A stretch of 64,000 bases of DNA from an archaeon (GCA_043825775.1 JBDRRK010000012.1:129237-193236), one strand, 5' to 3'. Shown: positions 1 to 10,064, counted from the stretch's first letter. Made by a program: numbers and translations. The notes: a model not told the origin generated them from the sequence alone.

Positions 1-440
1 TCTCTTGTTCTTTTCTGTCTCTTTACTGCTGATTTGATTGGTGGAATTTGTTGTATTTTTCCAACTAGCTCTTCCATTTTAGTTTTTATTGTTTTTTCAT
101 CAAACTCATCATGCAGATGCATTAAACAGATGTATTCTTTTCCTGCATTTAGTAATACTTGTACAATTCTTGTTGATCTTCCTAAGGCTATTGGTAGAAC
201 TCCAGTAACTCCTGGATCTAATGTTCCAGAGTGTCCTGCTTTGGATAGGTCTAGAATTCTCTTTACATAATCAGAAACTTGATGTGATGTAGGACCAGAG
301 GGTTTGTTTAGAACAATAACTCCTAGTTCTAGAAGATCTTTAACTTCTCTTTCATTTGGGTTTTGGCCATAATCTGGATTAGTAGTTTCTTCTTTTTTTG
401 TAATAATATTTCTATTTACTTTTTCAAAGGGGAGTTTCAT
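1..440 (-). CDS. cbf5: tRNA/rRNA pseudouridine synthase Cbf5 (5' part; runs off window)
   Basis: Manual translation from ATG 440: MKLPFEK...NKPSGPTSHQV...AGHSGTLDPGVTGVLP (TruB/Cbf5 catalytic motif); absent from ORF track. Confidence 0.95.
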   Translation of the reverse strand, partial: MKLPFEKVNRNIITKKEETTNPDYGQNPNEREVKDLLELGVIVLNKPSGPTSHQVSDYVKRILDLSKAGHSGTLDPGVTGVLPIALGRSTRIVQVLLNAGKEYICLMHLHDEFDEKTIKTKMEELVGKIQQIPPIKSAVKRQKRTR

Positions 441-475
441 AAGAATAAAAGTTAGTATTTAATTTATAAAGGTAA

Positions 476-1276
476 CTAAAGCTTTCTTAATTCTTCAGGA
501 ACTAATCTATATGAATCTCTAATTTTTCCCATATTCCTTACTGTTACAGAATCTCTATTTTTCCCTAGGATTTCACTTACTACATGTAAAAAGTCTATAT
601 ACTCTTGACTTATATTAAATTCATCCACAACTGGTAAGTAGACTCTTTTTCCTTCACTATCTTTATCCATTCTATATTTTGCTGGAAAGAATCCTACTCT
701 GTCCATTGTGACAATTTGTGTAGTTTCTATAGGAATTACAATTTTTTGTTCAAGTAAACTTTGATATGTTTCGTTTAATTCTTTTCCTTCTCTTTGCAAT
801 TTAGAGTCAACAATTCCAATTGTTTTGTAGGATATTGAATCTTTAATTGCATCACGATATGCTTGTACATTTTCTTCTCTAAAATCTACAGAAGGACCAA
901 AAAATTCTTTTGTTTTTATATTGGCATAGTTTGTTCTAGCTGCATCAAATTGTTTGTAAACTCTTTTTAATGAGTTTCCACTTATTACTTCATCAATAGA
1001 TAGAAATGAACCGCCATGAGGTGCAACATTATTTATAACATTTTCAAAAACACTTCTTAATACTTCCCTTAGTCTATGAACTTTGTTTGATGCTGGAACA
1101 TATTGAACCTTTTCATTTGGAAAATTATCATTAATTACATTCATAACATCAATAAAAGGTACACTTCCAAACATTGGAGCAATTATACAATCTGGTTTTT
1201 GATCTTCAATAATCTGATTTGCTCTTTCTAAAGCTCTTACAAAATCTTCAATTGTGTCATAATTATTAGGATCCAT
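476..1276 (-). CDS. hypothetical protein, possible PRTase-like fold
   Basis: 266 aa; FLSIDEVISGNSL resembles the PRPP-binding loop; own TTTATAAA promoter. Confidence 0.5.
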   Translation of the reverse strand: MDPNNYDTIEDFVRALERANQIIEDQKPDCIIAPMFGSVPFIDVMNVINDNFPNEKVQYVPASNKVHRLREVLRSVFENVINNVAPHGGSFLSIDEVISGNSLKRVYKQFDAARTNYANIKTKEFFGPSVDFREENVQAYRDAIKDSISYKTIGIVDSKLQREGKELNETYQSLLEQKIVIPIETTQIVTMDRVGFFPAKYRMDKDSEGKRVYLPVVDEFNISQEYIDFLHVVSEILGKNRDSVTVRNMGKIRDSYRLVPEELRKL

Positions 1277-1378
1277 TGTATTATAAATAACCTCTTTTTC
1301 TCTTTATAAACCTTTCTATTTTGTAACTACTAATATGTGATGACAAGATTTATATATGAATTATTATCTTCAGAGATT

Positions 1379-1852
1379 ATGAAATCACATTATTTGTTAA
1401 TAAGCCTTTTGGCATTAAATGGATGTAGTCATCTAAGACAGGCAAATACTTCTGATTTAGAGCTTTTAGAGGATTCTTTAAAGTTTAAAGAAAGTATTGG
1501 AAGAGTTTTAACAGAAAGAATTATTGAACAGAGAAAAGTTAAATTAAGAGATAATCAATTTGAAAGAGAGTATTACTTGGATTTAGATGTAGAACCTATT
1601 GATATAAGGCCTGTTGCTGATTATTCTATTTTGCCTGTTCATTTAACTTATGTTGATTCTGTTTATGGTGATCAAACTTTATTTGTAGATGTTAAATTTT
1701 TAGGGGAAAATAATTGTAATGCAACTTATTGGGGTTTGTTGAATAGGCCTGAATTTGAGCTTATTTGGTTAGATGGAACTTGTGATTCTTGGGCTGGTGC
1801 TGATAGTGTTGAGAATTTAGTTACTAATGCAGTTGTAAAAAGTTTAGAATAA
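1379..1852 (+). CDS. hypothetical lipoprotein
   Basis: MKSHYLLISLLALNGC lipobox-like N-terminus; ATG 1379 lies just downstream of TTTATATA. Confidence 0.6.
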   Translation: MKSHYLLISLLALNGCSHLRQANTSDLELLEDSLKFKESIGRVLTERIIEQRKVKLRDNQFEREYYLDLDVEPIDIRPVADYSILPVHLTYVDSVYGDQTLFVDVKFLGENNCNATYWGLLNRPEFELIWLDGTCDSWAGADSVENLVTNAVVKSLE

Positions 1853-2404
1853 TTATTTCTTTAATGTATCTTTTTTATCATGTCTATGTATTAGTGTTTC
1901 TTCTTCTTTAGCTTCTTGTTCTTCTCTTTTAGCAAATTTTTCATCTTTATCAAATTCTTTTTTATCTTTTAATGTATCTTCTTTTAGAACTTTAGCTTTT
2001 TCTTTAGCTTCCTCTTCTTTATGCTCTTCTTGTTTTCCCATTTTCCCTGAAACTTTTGTATCTTTTTTACCTGTCATTTGTTCTATTTTTTCTTGAAGCT
2101 TACCTTTTTTCTTATCATCTTTTTTCTTTTCTTCTTCTTCAAATTTCTTTCCTGGTATTTCAGCTCTGACATAGGTTCCTTCTTTATTTTCAAATTTTTT
2201 AACATTAACTTCAATTTTATGAGGAGGGTTTCTGTTTCCATTATTCCACAGAGCCATGTTTAGATGTTTTCCTAGTCTAACATCTTCTACTTTCATATGT
2301 TTTTGTAAGAATTCTTTTACAGTTCTAACTGCTCTAGGTGTTCTCTTGTAAATAGGTGATTTCTGGTATTCCTTTCTCAGTGGTATTATGTATTTTCTTT
2401 CCAT
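1853..2404 (-). CDS. rpl31e: 50S ribosomal protein L31e with long K/E-rich C-terminal tail
   Basis: ERKYIIPLR...KRTPRAV...LN..LW..G.RNPP..I.V; synteny with L39e. Confidence 0.95.
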   Translation of the reverse strand: MERKYIIPLRKEYQKSPIYKRTPRAVRTVKEFLQKHMKVEDVRLGKHLNMALWNNGNRNPPHKIEVNVKKFENKEGTYVRAEIPGKKFEEEEKKKDDKKKGKLQEKIEQMTGKKDTKVSGKMGKQEEHKEEEAKEKAKVLKEDTLKDKKEFDKDEKFAKREEQEAKEEETLIHRHDKKDTLKK

Positions 2405-2405
2405 T

Positions 2406-2579
2406 TTATACCTTGGTTTTTACTCTTCTCCAGGATCTTTTTATTGTAGTATGTCTTCCTGGGTGAACTCTTCTACCTGTACCATATATTTTAGGGACTG
2501 TCCAAAAAGGAGCCCATCTAGTTTGACGGCCTTTCTTTGCCAATCTTAATTTTTTTGCTAGGTGTAGATATCTGCTCAT
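2406..2579 (-). CDS. rpl39e: 50S ribosomal protein L39e
   Basis: Manual translation MSRYLHLAKKLRLAKKGRQTRWAPFW...KRSWRRVKTKV (57 aa); canonical position upstream of L31e. Confidence 0.93.
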   Translation of the reverse strand: MSRYLHLAKKLRLAKKGRQTRWAPFWTVPKIYGTGRRVHPGRHTTIKRSWRRVKTKV

Positions 2580-2884
2580 TTTCTTGTGATCTTGAATTCT
2601 TTTTTTTGTGGTGTCATCATTTGAAGTAATTTTTTATATTCTTCATCATTAATGTGTGTTAGTTTTTCTTTTTGCGATGTTTGGAAAATTATTAACAATG
2701 ATTGCAATGCTTTTTCAGGATGTGCTGTTTTCAGGTTATTGTACCGGCTGATTGCTTGTTGGCTCATCAGTTGCTTTACTTGCAGTTCCAGTTGGTTTAT
2801 TTGTTGCTGGAGCTGTAGTTGCTCTTGTAATTCCTGGTTTTGCATCTCCTGAAGCTTCCTTTGTTTTATTTCCTCCAGTTCCAT
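2576..2884 (-). CDS. PDCD5-family dsDNA-binding protein
   Basis: ELEEIKQRKLQE...AISRYNNLKTAHPEKA...KKEFKITRK; canonical S19e-PDCD5-L39e-L31e order. Confidence 0.9.
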   Translation of the reverse strand: MELEEIKQRKLQEMQNQELQEQLQLQQQINQLELQVKQLMSQQAISRYNNLKTAHPEKALQSLLIIFQTSQKEKLTHINDEEYKKLLQMMTPQKKEFKITRK

Positions 2885-3302
2885 CTTTCTTCCTAATTAC
2901 TGTATCTAAAAATGATCTTCCTTTAGGAGTTAAAATTTTTCCTTTATGTACTCCCTTTTCAACTTGTTTGATTAATCCTTCTGCTTCTAATTGTTGTAGG
3001 ATTGTTCTAATAACTTTACCAGATGCTTTGTAAAACTTTCCTGGTTTTACTCCTCTGTTTTTTTTAGTTCCATAGAAGTTTCTTAGTTTTGATACTCCAA
3101 TAGGACCTCTTGTGTAAATCTTCCTTAGAATAGAGCCTGCTCTAACATACCACCAGTTTGCATCATCTGGGGTTCTTTCTTTGCCTGCACCTGTCTTGAT
3201 ATAAGAAGCCCACTCTGGTTTTTGGACGTTTTTTGTTTTTTTAAGCTCAATTGCAGCTTTATTTATCAAATCAGTAGGATTTATGTCATATGCAGTTGCC
3301 AT
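2736..3302 (-). CDS. rps19e: 30S ribosomal protein S19e with C-terminal extension overlapping the next gene
   Basis: KPEWASYIKTG..KER.P...WWYVRAGSILRK..GPIGV...ASGKVIRTILQQLE. Confidence 0.96.
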   Translation of the reverse strand: MATAYDINPTDLINKAAIELKKTKNVQKPEWASYIKTGAGKERTPDDANWWYVRAGSILRKIYTRGPIGVSKLRNFYGTKKNRGVKPGKFYKASGKVIRTILQQLEAEGLIKQVEKGVHKGKILTPKGRSFLDTVIRKKDGTGGNKTKEASGDAKPGITRATTAPATNKPTGTASKATDEPTSNQPVQ

Positions 3303-3384
3303 CTTTGTTTTTTACCTTTATTTTTAGTTTTAATATAATTTTATGATAATCAGTAGAAAAATAGGGGGCTTATATAGTTTTCTG

Positions 3385-3630
3385 TTAAGGATATATAGGA
3401 TTGGTACTTATTATTACCTCTTGATTAGCTCTATGATGATAGTAACCATAGGATATTGAGAGTAAGTTTTTCTGTCCTTGTTCTTTCCAGACTATTGTGT
3501 TTGAATCCCTGTACACAACTTCTGAATTATCTGTAAAACCTAATGCTCTTGCAAATCTTTCTGATAAAACTTCTAATGGTTCTGTACTTGTCATTAAGGC
3601 TTGCCAATGTTCCCTATGAATATCTGCCAT
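3385..3630 (-). CDS. hypothetical protein
   Basis: 81 aa ORF with upstream TATA-like element. Confidence 0.5.
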   Translation of the reverse strand: MADIHREHWQALMTSTEPLEVLSERFARALGFTDNSEVVYRDSNTIVWKEQGQKNLLSISYGYYHHRANQEVIISTNPIYP

Positions 3631-3737
3631 TTTTATTTTTGAGAATTAGTTGTTAATAAGTTTTTTGTAATTATATACTTTATATAATTTCTTTGGATTC
3701 AATTTAAACTTATTCTTGTTATATATTATATTGGAGG

Positions 3738-4040
3738 ATGATTAAGATGAAAAAAATGCTATATGGATTAGTTTTAGGATGTGCACTTTATTGTGGTAAG
3801 GCTAGTGCTGATGAATTGCCAGATTTTGAAATGCCTGAATATCAGTTTCAAAGGCCAAATCATTTGAAAGGTACATCAAAGACATACAATATAAGACCTG
3901 TTAGTTTAAAACCTTTGAATAAACAAAGAACATTTCAACATAACAATGTTGAGGATATTATTTTACAGGAAGAGAATATGTTTCCTGGTTTGGAGTATAA
4001 AAGTCCTGGAACGTTTAATATTGTGTTGTTTAGGTTTTAA
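3738..4040 (+). CDS. hypothetical secreted protein
   Basis: GGAGG SD; signal peptide MKKMLYGLVLGCALYCGKASA. Confidence 0.55.
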   Translation: MIKMKKMLYGLVLGCALYCGKASADELPDFEMPEYQFQRPNHLKGTSKTYNIRPVSLKPLNKQRTFQHNNVEDIILQEENMFPGLEYKSPGTFNIVLFRF

Positions 4041-4076
4041 GTTAGATTTATAAGCATCTGTTGAATTTTTAGTTTT

Positions 4077-4892
4077 ATGAAATTAGATGAATCATTTAAA
4101 GATGTTTGTAAATTAAGAACAGATGAGATACTTACTGATAAGAAGGAGATAATTAAAGAGTTAGAGAGGTTATTAGTTAATGCTGTTGATAGAAGAAAAG
4201 GAGAAGTTGCAATAGCTTTTTCAGGAGGTTTGGATTCTACTTTACTTGCTTTTATTTGTTCTAAGTTAGGAATAAAGTTTACATTATATTCTGTGGGTTT
4301 AGAAAATGCACCAGATTTAGAATGGGCTAGAAAGGTTGCAAAACATTATGGTTGGAAGTTGAAGTATAAAGTATTGACTGATGAAGAGGTTGAAGATATA
4401 TTTTTGAAGTTGAAAGATATATTAGTAAGGAAGGATGTTGTTAATTTTGGTGTTGGTGCTGTAACTTATGCTGTTTGTTCAATGGTTGAAGAGAATATAT
4501 TGTTTACTGGTTTAGGCAGTGAAGAGTTGTTTGCTGGTTATGAGAGACATAAGGGTGATATAAATAAAAATTGTTGGGAAGGGTTGTTAGGGATATATGA
4601 TAGAGATATTGTTAGAGATAAAAGTATTGCTAAAAGTTTTAATATTGAAGCAAGATGTCCTTTTTTAGATAGAGACTTGATTGAATATGCAATGAAGATT
4701 GATGGTTCTTTGAAAATGAATGAGGAATTTAAGAAAGTCATATTGAGAGAGACTGCTGAACATCTGGGAATGGAATTTTGTTGGAGAAAGAAAAAAGCTG
4801 CTCAATATGGTAGTTATTTTGATAAGGTGTTAGAGAGAATGGCAAAGAAAAAAGGGATTAGTAAAAAAGAGCTTATCTCTTCTTTTTCTTAG
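4077..4892 (+). CDS. asparagine synthase C-terminal domain (PP-loop) protein
   Basis: AFSGGLDST, TGLGSEELFAGY, R.PFLD, R.KKAAQYGS motifs; no glutaminase domain. Confidence 0.88.
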   Translation: MKLDESFKDVCKLRTDEILTDKKEIIKELERLLVNAVDRRKGEVAIAFSGGLDSTLLAFICSKLGIKFTLYSVGLENAPDLEWARKVAKHYGWKLKYKVLTDEEVEDIFLKLKDILVRKDVVNFGVGAVTYAVCSMVEENILFTGLGSEELFAGYERHKGDINKNCWEGLLGIYDRDIVRDKSIAKSFNIEARCPFLDRDLIEYAMKIDGSLKMNEEFKKVILRETAEHLGMEFCWRKKKAAQYGSYFDKVLERMAKKKGISKKELISSFS

Positions 4893-5136
4893 TTTTTTTG
4901 AATTTTTTTACAAGATATTCTGCTTCTTGTTCTGTTTTTAAGAAGATATACATTAACATAATTACAAATATTGTTGCTATAAATGCTGTTATAAACTTGA
5001 ATAAGAGTTCATCTCCTGCTGGAACAAATACTCCAATGAATTCCATAATAACATCTCTCCATATTAATGCAACAACAAAAGTTAGTGCTGCTATCATTGC
5101 AGTTTTAAGAATCTGTTTAAATTTTAAATCTTTCAT
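4873..5136 (-). CDS. small two-TM membrane protein (DUF5654-like)
   Basis: AALTFVVALIWRDVI...F pattern, two hydrophobic helices. Confidence 0.65.
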   Translation of the reverse strand: MKDLKFKQILKTAMIAALTFVVALIWRDVIMEFIGVFVPAGDELLFKFITAFIATIFVIMLMYIFLKTEQEAEYLVKKFKKTKKKKR

Positions 5137-5188
5137 ATATTCATTATAAGTTTAATAGTTAATAAATGTTTTTAAAAAAAGAAAAAAT

Positions 5189-5767
5189 TTACTTGGATCT
5201 ACCAAGTTTTGCTCTTCTACTAGGTCTTAGTTTTTCAGTACCAATTCCTTTCTTTCTTAAACCTCTAGATTTTTTAGCTGCTGAGGTTTTTCCTCTGAAT
5301 ACTCTATTAGTATGTTTTCTAAAGCAGAAAGCTTTCAATTTTGGATCGTTTTTTATTTCTGGTCTATAAGTATCAATCATGATAACTTCAAACCATCTGT
5401 ATAATCCATCTTTAGCAACTTCATATGAGTTTAGCACTTCTAAATTTGTGAATTTTCTTTGTGCTTTTTCCTCTGCAATCCATTGATATGATTTTCCAAC
5501 AATTTTTCTTCTTCTTTGAGTTTTAGATCTTCTTCCACCTTTTCTTTGTTCTCTGTGTCTTCCACCTCTTCGAACTCTAACTCTTGCTATTGTTATTCCA
5601 GTTTTTGCTCTATAGCCTAAAGATCTTGCTCTATCAAGTCTTGTTGGTCTTTCAATAGAAATAATTGTAGGCTCTCTTCGCCATTGTATAAGTCTTTCTT
5701 TGTATAGCTCGCCAAGATTTTCTTTTGGCTTTTTCCATAGTTTTCGTATTTCTTGATACATTCCCAT
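5189..5767 (-). CDS. rpl15e: 50S ribosomal protein L15e
   Basis: [33 protein letters not shown]. Confidence 0.97.
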   Translation of the reverse strand: MGMYQEIRKLWKKPKENLGELYKERLIQWRREPTIISIERPTRLDRARSLGYRAKTGITIARVRVRRGGRHREQRKGGRRSKTQRRRKIVGKSYQWIAEEKAQRKFTNLEVLNSYEVAKDGLYRWFEVIMIDTYRPEIKNDPKLKAFCFRKHTNRVFRGKTSAAKKSRGLRKKGIGTEKLRPSRRAKLGRSK

Positions 5768-5771
5768 TTTG

Positions 5772-5812
5772 TTTACCTTGGATTCAGGATGCTAGTCCCA
5801 CATCTCCTTTAG
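5772..5812 (-). promoter_or_regulatory. candidate eL15 ribosomal leader (5' UTR)
   Basis: GC-richer 5' UTR GGAGATGTGGGACTAGCATCCTGAATCCAAGG between TATA (~5833) and rpl15e, whereas most neighbours are leaderless. Confidence 0.45.
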
Positions 5813-5886
5813 AGTTTGGATAAATTCGGCCTTTTTAAAGGTTTTGGCTCATATAATTTTATAAAATTTGAGTGTATTGAACAAAT

Positions 5887-7107
5887 ATGGATTGTATTTC
5901 ATGTCAAGGAAGATTGTATCAAAATCCTTTAGTTTGTGGAAAGAATGCTTGTCCTATTTTTTCATCTAGAAAGATGTTCAAAGTTCAAAAGATGGAGAAG
6001 CAGGATTTTTTAGGTAGTCCTCCTACTGTGTTTGTTGGTAGGTATAATTATCCTAAGATTAATGTTGGAATTGTTTCTACCCCTGAACATACTGTAAATG
6101 CAGAGATATATGATGATCCTAGAACTTGGGGGAAGAATGCATTGCCAATAAAAGAAGTTGTTGACTTTAGATCTGTGTTGATTAATTCAAGATTTAAGTC
6201 TGAGGTTAGGTTTAATAAAAGTTTAGAAATTTCACAGCAAGTTGCTTTGGCTAAAAGACCTGTTGATATTGAATTTCATTTAGATAAGAAGCCATTTTAT
6301 AATTTTAAAAGTGATAAAGTTGAAAGTCCTGTTGGAGCGACTGCTAATTTAGTTAAAGCTGTAATTACTGAGAATGTTAAGATTGATAGAAAGGTTGAAT
6401 ATATTTTTAATGATGTTGATTTGAAATCTACAAAAGGATTGAATATACTTTATGATAAAGGATTTGATGAGAACTTTTTGTCTAGGATACTTTCGGTAGG
6501 TACTTTGGGAGTTAAGAAGGATAGAAAGTTAGTTCCAACTAGGTGGAGCATTACTGCTGTTGATGATACTATTGGCAAAGAGAAGATTAAAGAGATTAAA
6601 GATTATCCAGAAAGTGATTATATTTTATTTTTTGGTTCTTTACATGGAAATTATTATTTGATTATGTTTTTTCCGAAGAAATGGAGTTATGAATTGTTTG
6701 AAACTTATTTGTCCAATTCTTTAATGAATCCTGATTCTGAATTTAAGACTGTTACTGATTATGAGTTTTATGATGGAAGGAAAAATTACGCAACTAATAC
6801 TGCTGGAGGTTATTATGCTTGTAGATTGGGGATTTTAGATAAGTTATTAGAGATGCATAGGCAGTCTAGTGTGTTAGTTCTTAGATTTATTACTGATGAA
6901 TATCATACTCATTTAGGGGTTTGGGTTTGTAGAGAAGCTACTAGAAGAGCTTTGGAGAAAGGAATGCAGTTTTCTTCTCATGAAGAGATGATTAGATATG
7001 CTAAAAAAATTATTTTTGATAGATTTAATGTTGATATTGAACAATTCTTTAAGAAAAGTAAGTTGTTAGATTTTGTTACGAAACAGAAAACATTATTTGA
7101 TTATTAA
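5887..7107 (+). CDS. nreA: DNA repair protein NreA
   Basis: N-terminal C..C.G...CG...CP, VFVGRYNYPK, RKLVPTRWSITAVDD, GGYYA.RL, C-terminal PIP box QKTLFDY. Confidence 0.93.
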   Translation: MDCISCQGRLYQNPLVCGKNACPIFSSRKMFKVQKMEKQDFLGSPPTVFVGRYNYPKINVGIVSTPEHTVNAEIYDDPRTWGKNALPIKEVVDFRSVLINSRFKSEVRFNKSLEISQQVALAKRPVDIEFHLDKKPFYNFKSDKVESPVGATANLVKAVITENVKIDRKVEYIFNDVDLKSTKGLNILYDKGFDENFLSRILSVGTLGVKKDRKLVPTRWSITAVDDTIGKEKIKEIKDYPESDYILFFGSLHGNYYLIMFFPKKWSYELFETYLSNSLMNPDSEFKTVTDYEFYDGRKNYATNTAGGYYACRLGILDKLLEMHRQSSVLVLRFITDEYHTHLGVWVCREATRRALEKGMQFSSHEEMIRYAKKIIFDRFNVDIEQFFKKSKLLDFVTKQKTLFDY

Positions 7108-7275
7108 AGGTTTAAAGGGCTTTTACACCCAATAAACACAGGGAGGGATTGCCTAATAAGACTACTAAAAGGTAGTAATACTTATTTATAAATGTTTTGG
7201 TTGTGTAATTACTATAGAAAGGTGACAAATTTTAATATAATAATATTTATAAATGGTCTTTAAGTTAGTATTTTT

Positions 7276-7530
7276 ATGTATAGAGAAATTAAAGAATATT
7301 ATAAATCCCATAAAAGGGGGTTGAATATTGGATTTGTAGTAGGTTATACTTTAATTCAAGTTGGTTCTTTTGGATGGTGTTATCATAAGGTTAAATCTTT
7401 AGAAAGACAATTGGAGGAATGTAGCTCTAATAATGTTAGAGAAGTTTCTAGTTTAGATGGTTGTGTTGAAGAAGAGATAGTTAGAAATCCTATTAAAAAA
7501 GGTATTTTAAAATTAAAAGAATTACTTTAA
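7276..7530 (+). CDS. hypothetical membrane-anchored protein
   Basis: 84 aa, one TM, own TTTATAAA promoter. Confidence 0.5.
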   Translation: MYREIKEYYKSHKRGLNIGFVVGYTLIQVGSFGWCYHKVKSLERQLEECSSNNVREVSSLDGCVEEEIVRNPIKKGILKLKELL

Positions 7531-9423
7531 TCTTAATGCATCTAAATTTCTAGGAGCATTTGATTCTACTCTTAATGCTTTGTGTGCAGAACTTGCTAGG
7601 TCTAAACACTTTGAACTTTCACCATGATTTACGATTACTCTTTTTGGTTTTGGATCTAGTCTGTGTAAGAATGACATTAATTGTGGTCTTGAACTATGAC
7701 CTGAGAAACCATGAATGGTATGAATCTCACATTTTACTCTTGTAACCTCTGATTTTCCATTTCCAACTGCATAACCAATTTCACGTTCACCATTTTGTAA
7801 TCTTCTTCCTAAAGAACCTTCACCTTGGTAACAAGTAATAACTAGAGAATGTTTTGGGTTTTCAGCTAGATGTTTGAAATATTCTACTGATGCTCCACCA
7901 ACCATCATTCCTGAAGTAGCCATAATTATACATGATTCTTTTGAATCAATAATCTGTTCCATTTCTTTTCTACTTCCAACTTGTTTAAAGAGATCTGATA
8001 AAAATGGATTTTGATCCTTTTGGAATATTGATTTTTTTACTGCCATACTAAAGAAATCAGGATAGGCTGTATGTATAGCATTTACATCCCATACCATTCC
8101 TTGTAGATACATTGGAATTTTTGGTATTGTTCCTTCTCTCATTGCTCTTTCTAACATAATCATTATTTCTTGGGATCTTCCTACGCCCAATACAGGCATT
8201 AATATTTTTCCTTCTCTTTTTACAGTATCATTAATTATTTTTAGTAATTGTTTTTCTGATTCTATTCTTGGAGGAAGGATATCATCTTTAGCTCCATAAG
8301 TTGATTCAATGATTACTGTTTCTAACCTAGGAAATTTAGTTACTGCTGCTGGAAGCAAATTACTTTTTTCATAATTCATATCACCGGTGTATAGTAAATT
8401 ATGTAAACCATTACCAACATGTAAATGGACCATTGCTGAACCTATTGTGTGCCCTGCATTGTATAATGTAATTCGAACATCAGGAGTGATATCAGAAACT
8501 TCTTCATAGTTTAAACATATTGTTTGTTTTACCATTTGTTTAACATCTGCTGCTGTAAAAGGAGGGTTTTTAATTTCTTGATAACCTACTGAGATGTAAT
8601 CTAAAGCTAATAGGGCCATTATATCTCTTGTTGGAGCTGTACAATAAATAGGACCAGTGTATCCATATTTGATTAATAATGGAATCATTGCACAGTGATC
8701 TAAGTGTGAGTGGGATACAACTACTGCATCTATTTCATTGATTTTAAATTCAGGTGCATCAAAATAAGGATATGCTTGTGTTTCTTGTGCTGCTACATTT
8801 ATCCCACAGTCTAATAATATTCTTGATTCTGGTGTTTGTAAGTATAAACATGATCTTCCTACTTGTCTTCCTCCACCAAGGAATGTTAAACGAACCCATT
8901 CATTTTTCTTTCCTCTTAACCATCCGTTGTATATTCTTTTTCCAACATCATTTAGGAATTTTTTTCTGAAATCATTGTTTTCATATAAAACTCCCCTAAT
9001 ATTTTCAATTAATTTTGATCTGATTGAAGGAGTTCTTTGTACTACAGGAACCCATAATGTTTTTTCTTTAATTATCTTTAAATTTTCTCCAGCTTTACCA
9101 ATTGCAACCCCTGGTTTTTCAGCTTCAATTAGAACTATACTTCTTTGAGGATCGAATAAGATATCACCAATTTTTGCTTCTTCTGGAAATGCTTTTTGTA
9201 TTATTACTTTTGCTTTTTCCATATCCATTATTATAGATGGATCAGGACGCAATTCAATTCTTTTCTTGAATTCATTTACTAAATCTCTTATATGCCCTTT
9301 ATTATCTAAGAAAAAGTCTTTTGATTTAGTGTATACTATTATGTTTGCACCTTCAAAATTACACAATGATACTTCTGCCTCATCTGGCAATTTACTCATT
9401 ATTTCTACTAATATATCTGCCAT
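7522..9423 (-). CDS. fttA: beta-CASP ribonuclease aCPSF1 / transcription termination factor FttA
   Basis: Two KH domains, LGGGRQVGRSC, SHSHLDH, AGH, GFSGH, NHGE; adjacent to psmB. Confidence 0.96.
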   Translation of the reverse strand: MADILVEIMSKLPDEAEVSLCNFEGANIIVYTKSKDFFLDNKGHIRDLVNEFKKRIELRPDPSIIMDMEKAKVIIQKAFPEEAKIGDILFDPQRSIVLIEAEKPGVAIGKAGENLKIIKEKTLWVPVVQRTPSIRSKLIENIRGVLYENNDFRKKFLNDVGKRIYNGWLRGKKNEWVRLTFLGGGRQVGRSCLYLQTPESRILLDCGINVAAQETQAYPYFDAPEFKINEIDAVVVSHSHLDHCAMIPLLIKYGYTGPIYCTAPTRDIMALLALDYISVGYQEIKNPPFTAADVKQMVKQTICLNYEEVSDITPDVRITLYNAGHTIGSAMVHLHVGNGLHNLLYTGDMNYEKSNLLPAAVTKFPRLETVIIESTYGAKDDILPPRIESEKQLLKIINDTVKREGKILMPVLGVGRSQEIMIMLERAMREGTIPKIPMYLQGMVWDVNAIHTAYPDFFSMAVKKSIFQKDQNPFLSDLFKQVGSRKEMEQIIDSKESCIIMATSGMMVGGASVEYFKHLAENPKHSLVITCYQGEGSLGRRLQNGEREIGYAVGNGKSEVTRVKCEIHTIHGFSGHSSRPQLMSFLHRLDPKPKRVIVNHGESSKCLDLASSAHKALRVESNAPRNLDALRLK

Positions 9424-9434
9424 TTTAAGAAAAA

Positions 9435-10064
9435 TTATCTTAATGTTTTTACAATTTCTTTGTTAAAGATGTATTCTGCTCCTTTTTCATTAATTCTCAG
9501 AATATCTATTCCATCTCCTGTTGCTAGGTCTCTATCTATTGCTGTTGAAATTGCTTTTATTGCTATTTCTTTTCCTTCTTCTGTTGTAAGTCCTTTCTTA
9601 TATAATGTTTCCATAACACCTAGAGCGATTATACTTCCACTTCCATCTGAAGCATAATCATCTACTTCTAATACAGAACCATCAAATGCAATTTCATATA
9701 ATTGATAGCTTTCCTTTTCATCCCAACCACCAAATAAGAATCCTACAATTCCTGGAATCATACTAGGTCTTCTAATATTAGAATATGCTAAATTCGCTAG
9801 TAAATTTGCTGATTCTCTTACTTGTGGTTCTTTACCTTTTCTTAGTTTTAAAAGCATAATTTGTGCTTTGATTATTTTTGTGAAAAGTTGAATATCACTA
9901 ACCAACCCTGCTGTAGTTAGACCCATATGCTCACTTATTGGTAAAACTTTTTTTACTCTTTTGTTTGCAATTAGGTAGCCTGCGCTAACCCTTCTATCTG
10001 CTGCCATTATTATACCGTCTTTACATACGATTCCTAGTGTAGTAGTACCTTTTTTAGCTTCCAT
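9435..10064 (-). CDS. psmB: proteasome subunit beta
   Basis: G/TTT processing site, AAD.R, GSGS, RD.ATGDG. Confidence 0.96.
   Translation of the reverse strand: MEAKKGTTTLGIVCKDGIIMAADRRVSAGYLIANKRVKKVLPISEHMGLTTAGLVSDIQLFTKIIKAQIMLLKLRKGKEPQVRESANLLANLAYSNIRRPSMIPGIVGFLFGGWDEKESYQLYEIAFDGSVLEVDDYASDGSGSIIALGVMETLYKKGLTTEEGKEIAIKAISTAIDRDLATGDGIDILRINEKGAEYIFNKEIVKTLR

Noticed and set aside
7108..7200. Orphan minus-strand promoter (CCAAAACATTTATAAA) with a short downstream hairpin, possible sRNA antisense to the nreA end
   Set aside because: Only a TATA-like match and a 4-bp stem in AT-rich DNA; too weak without expression data
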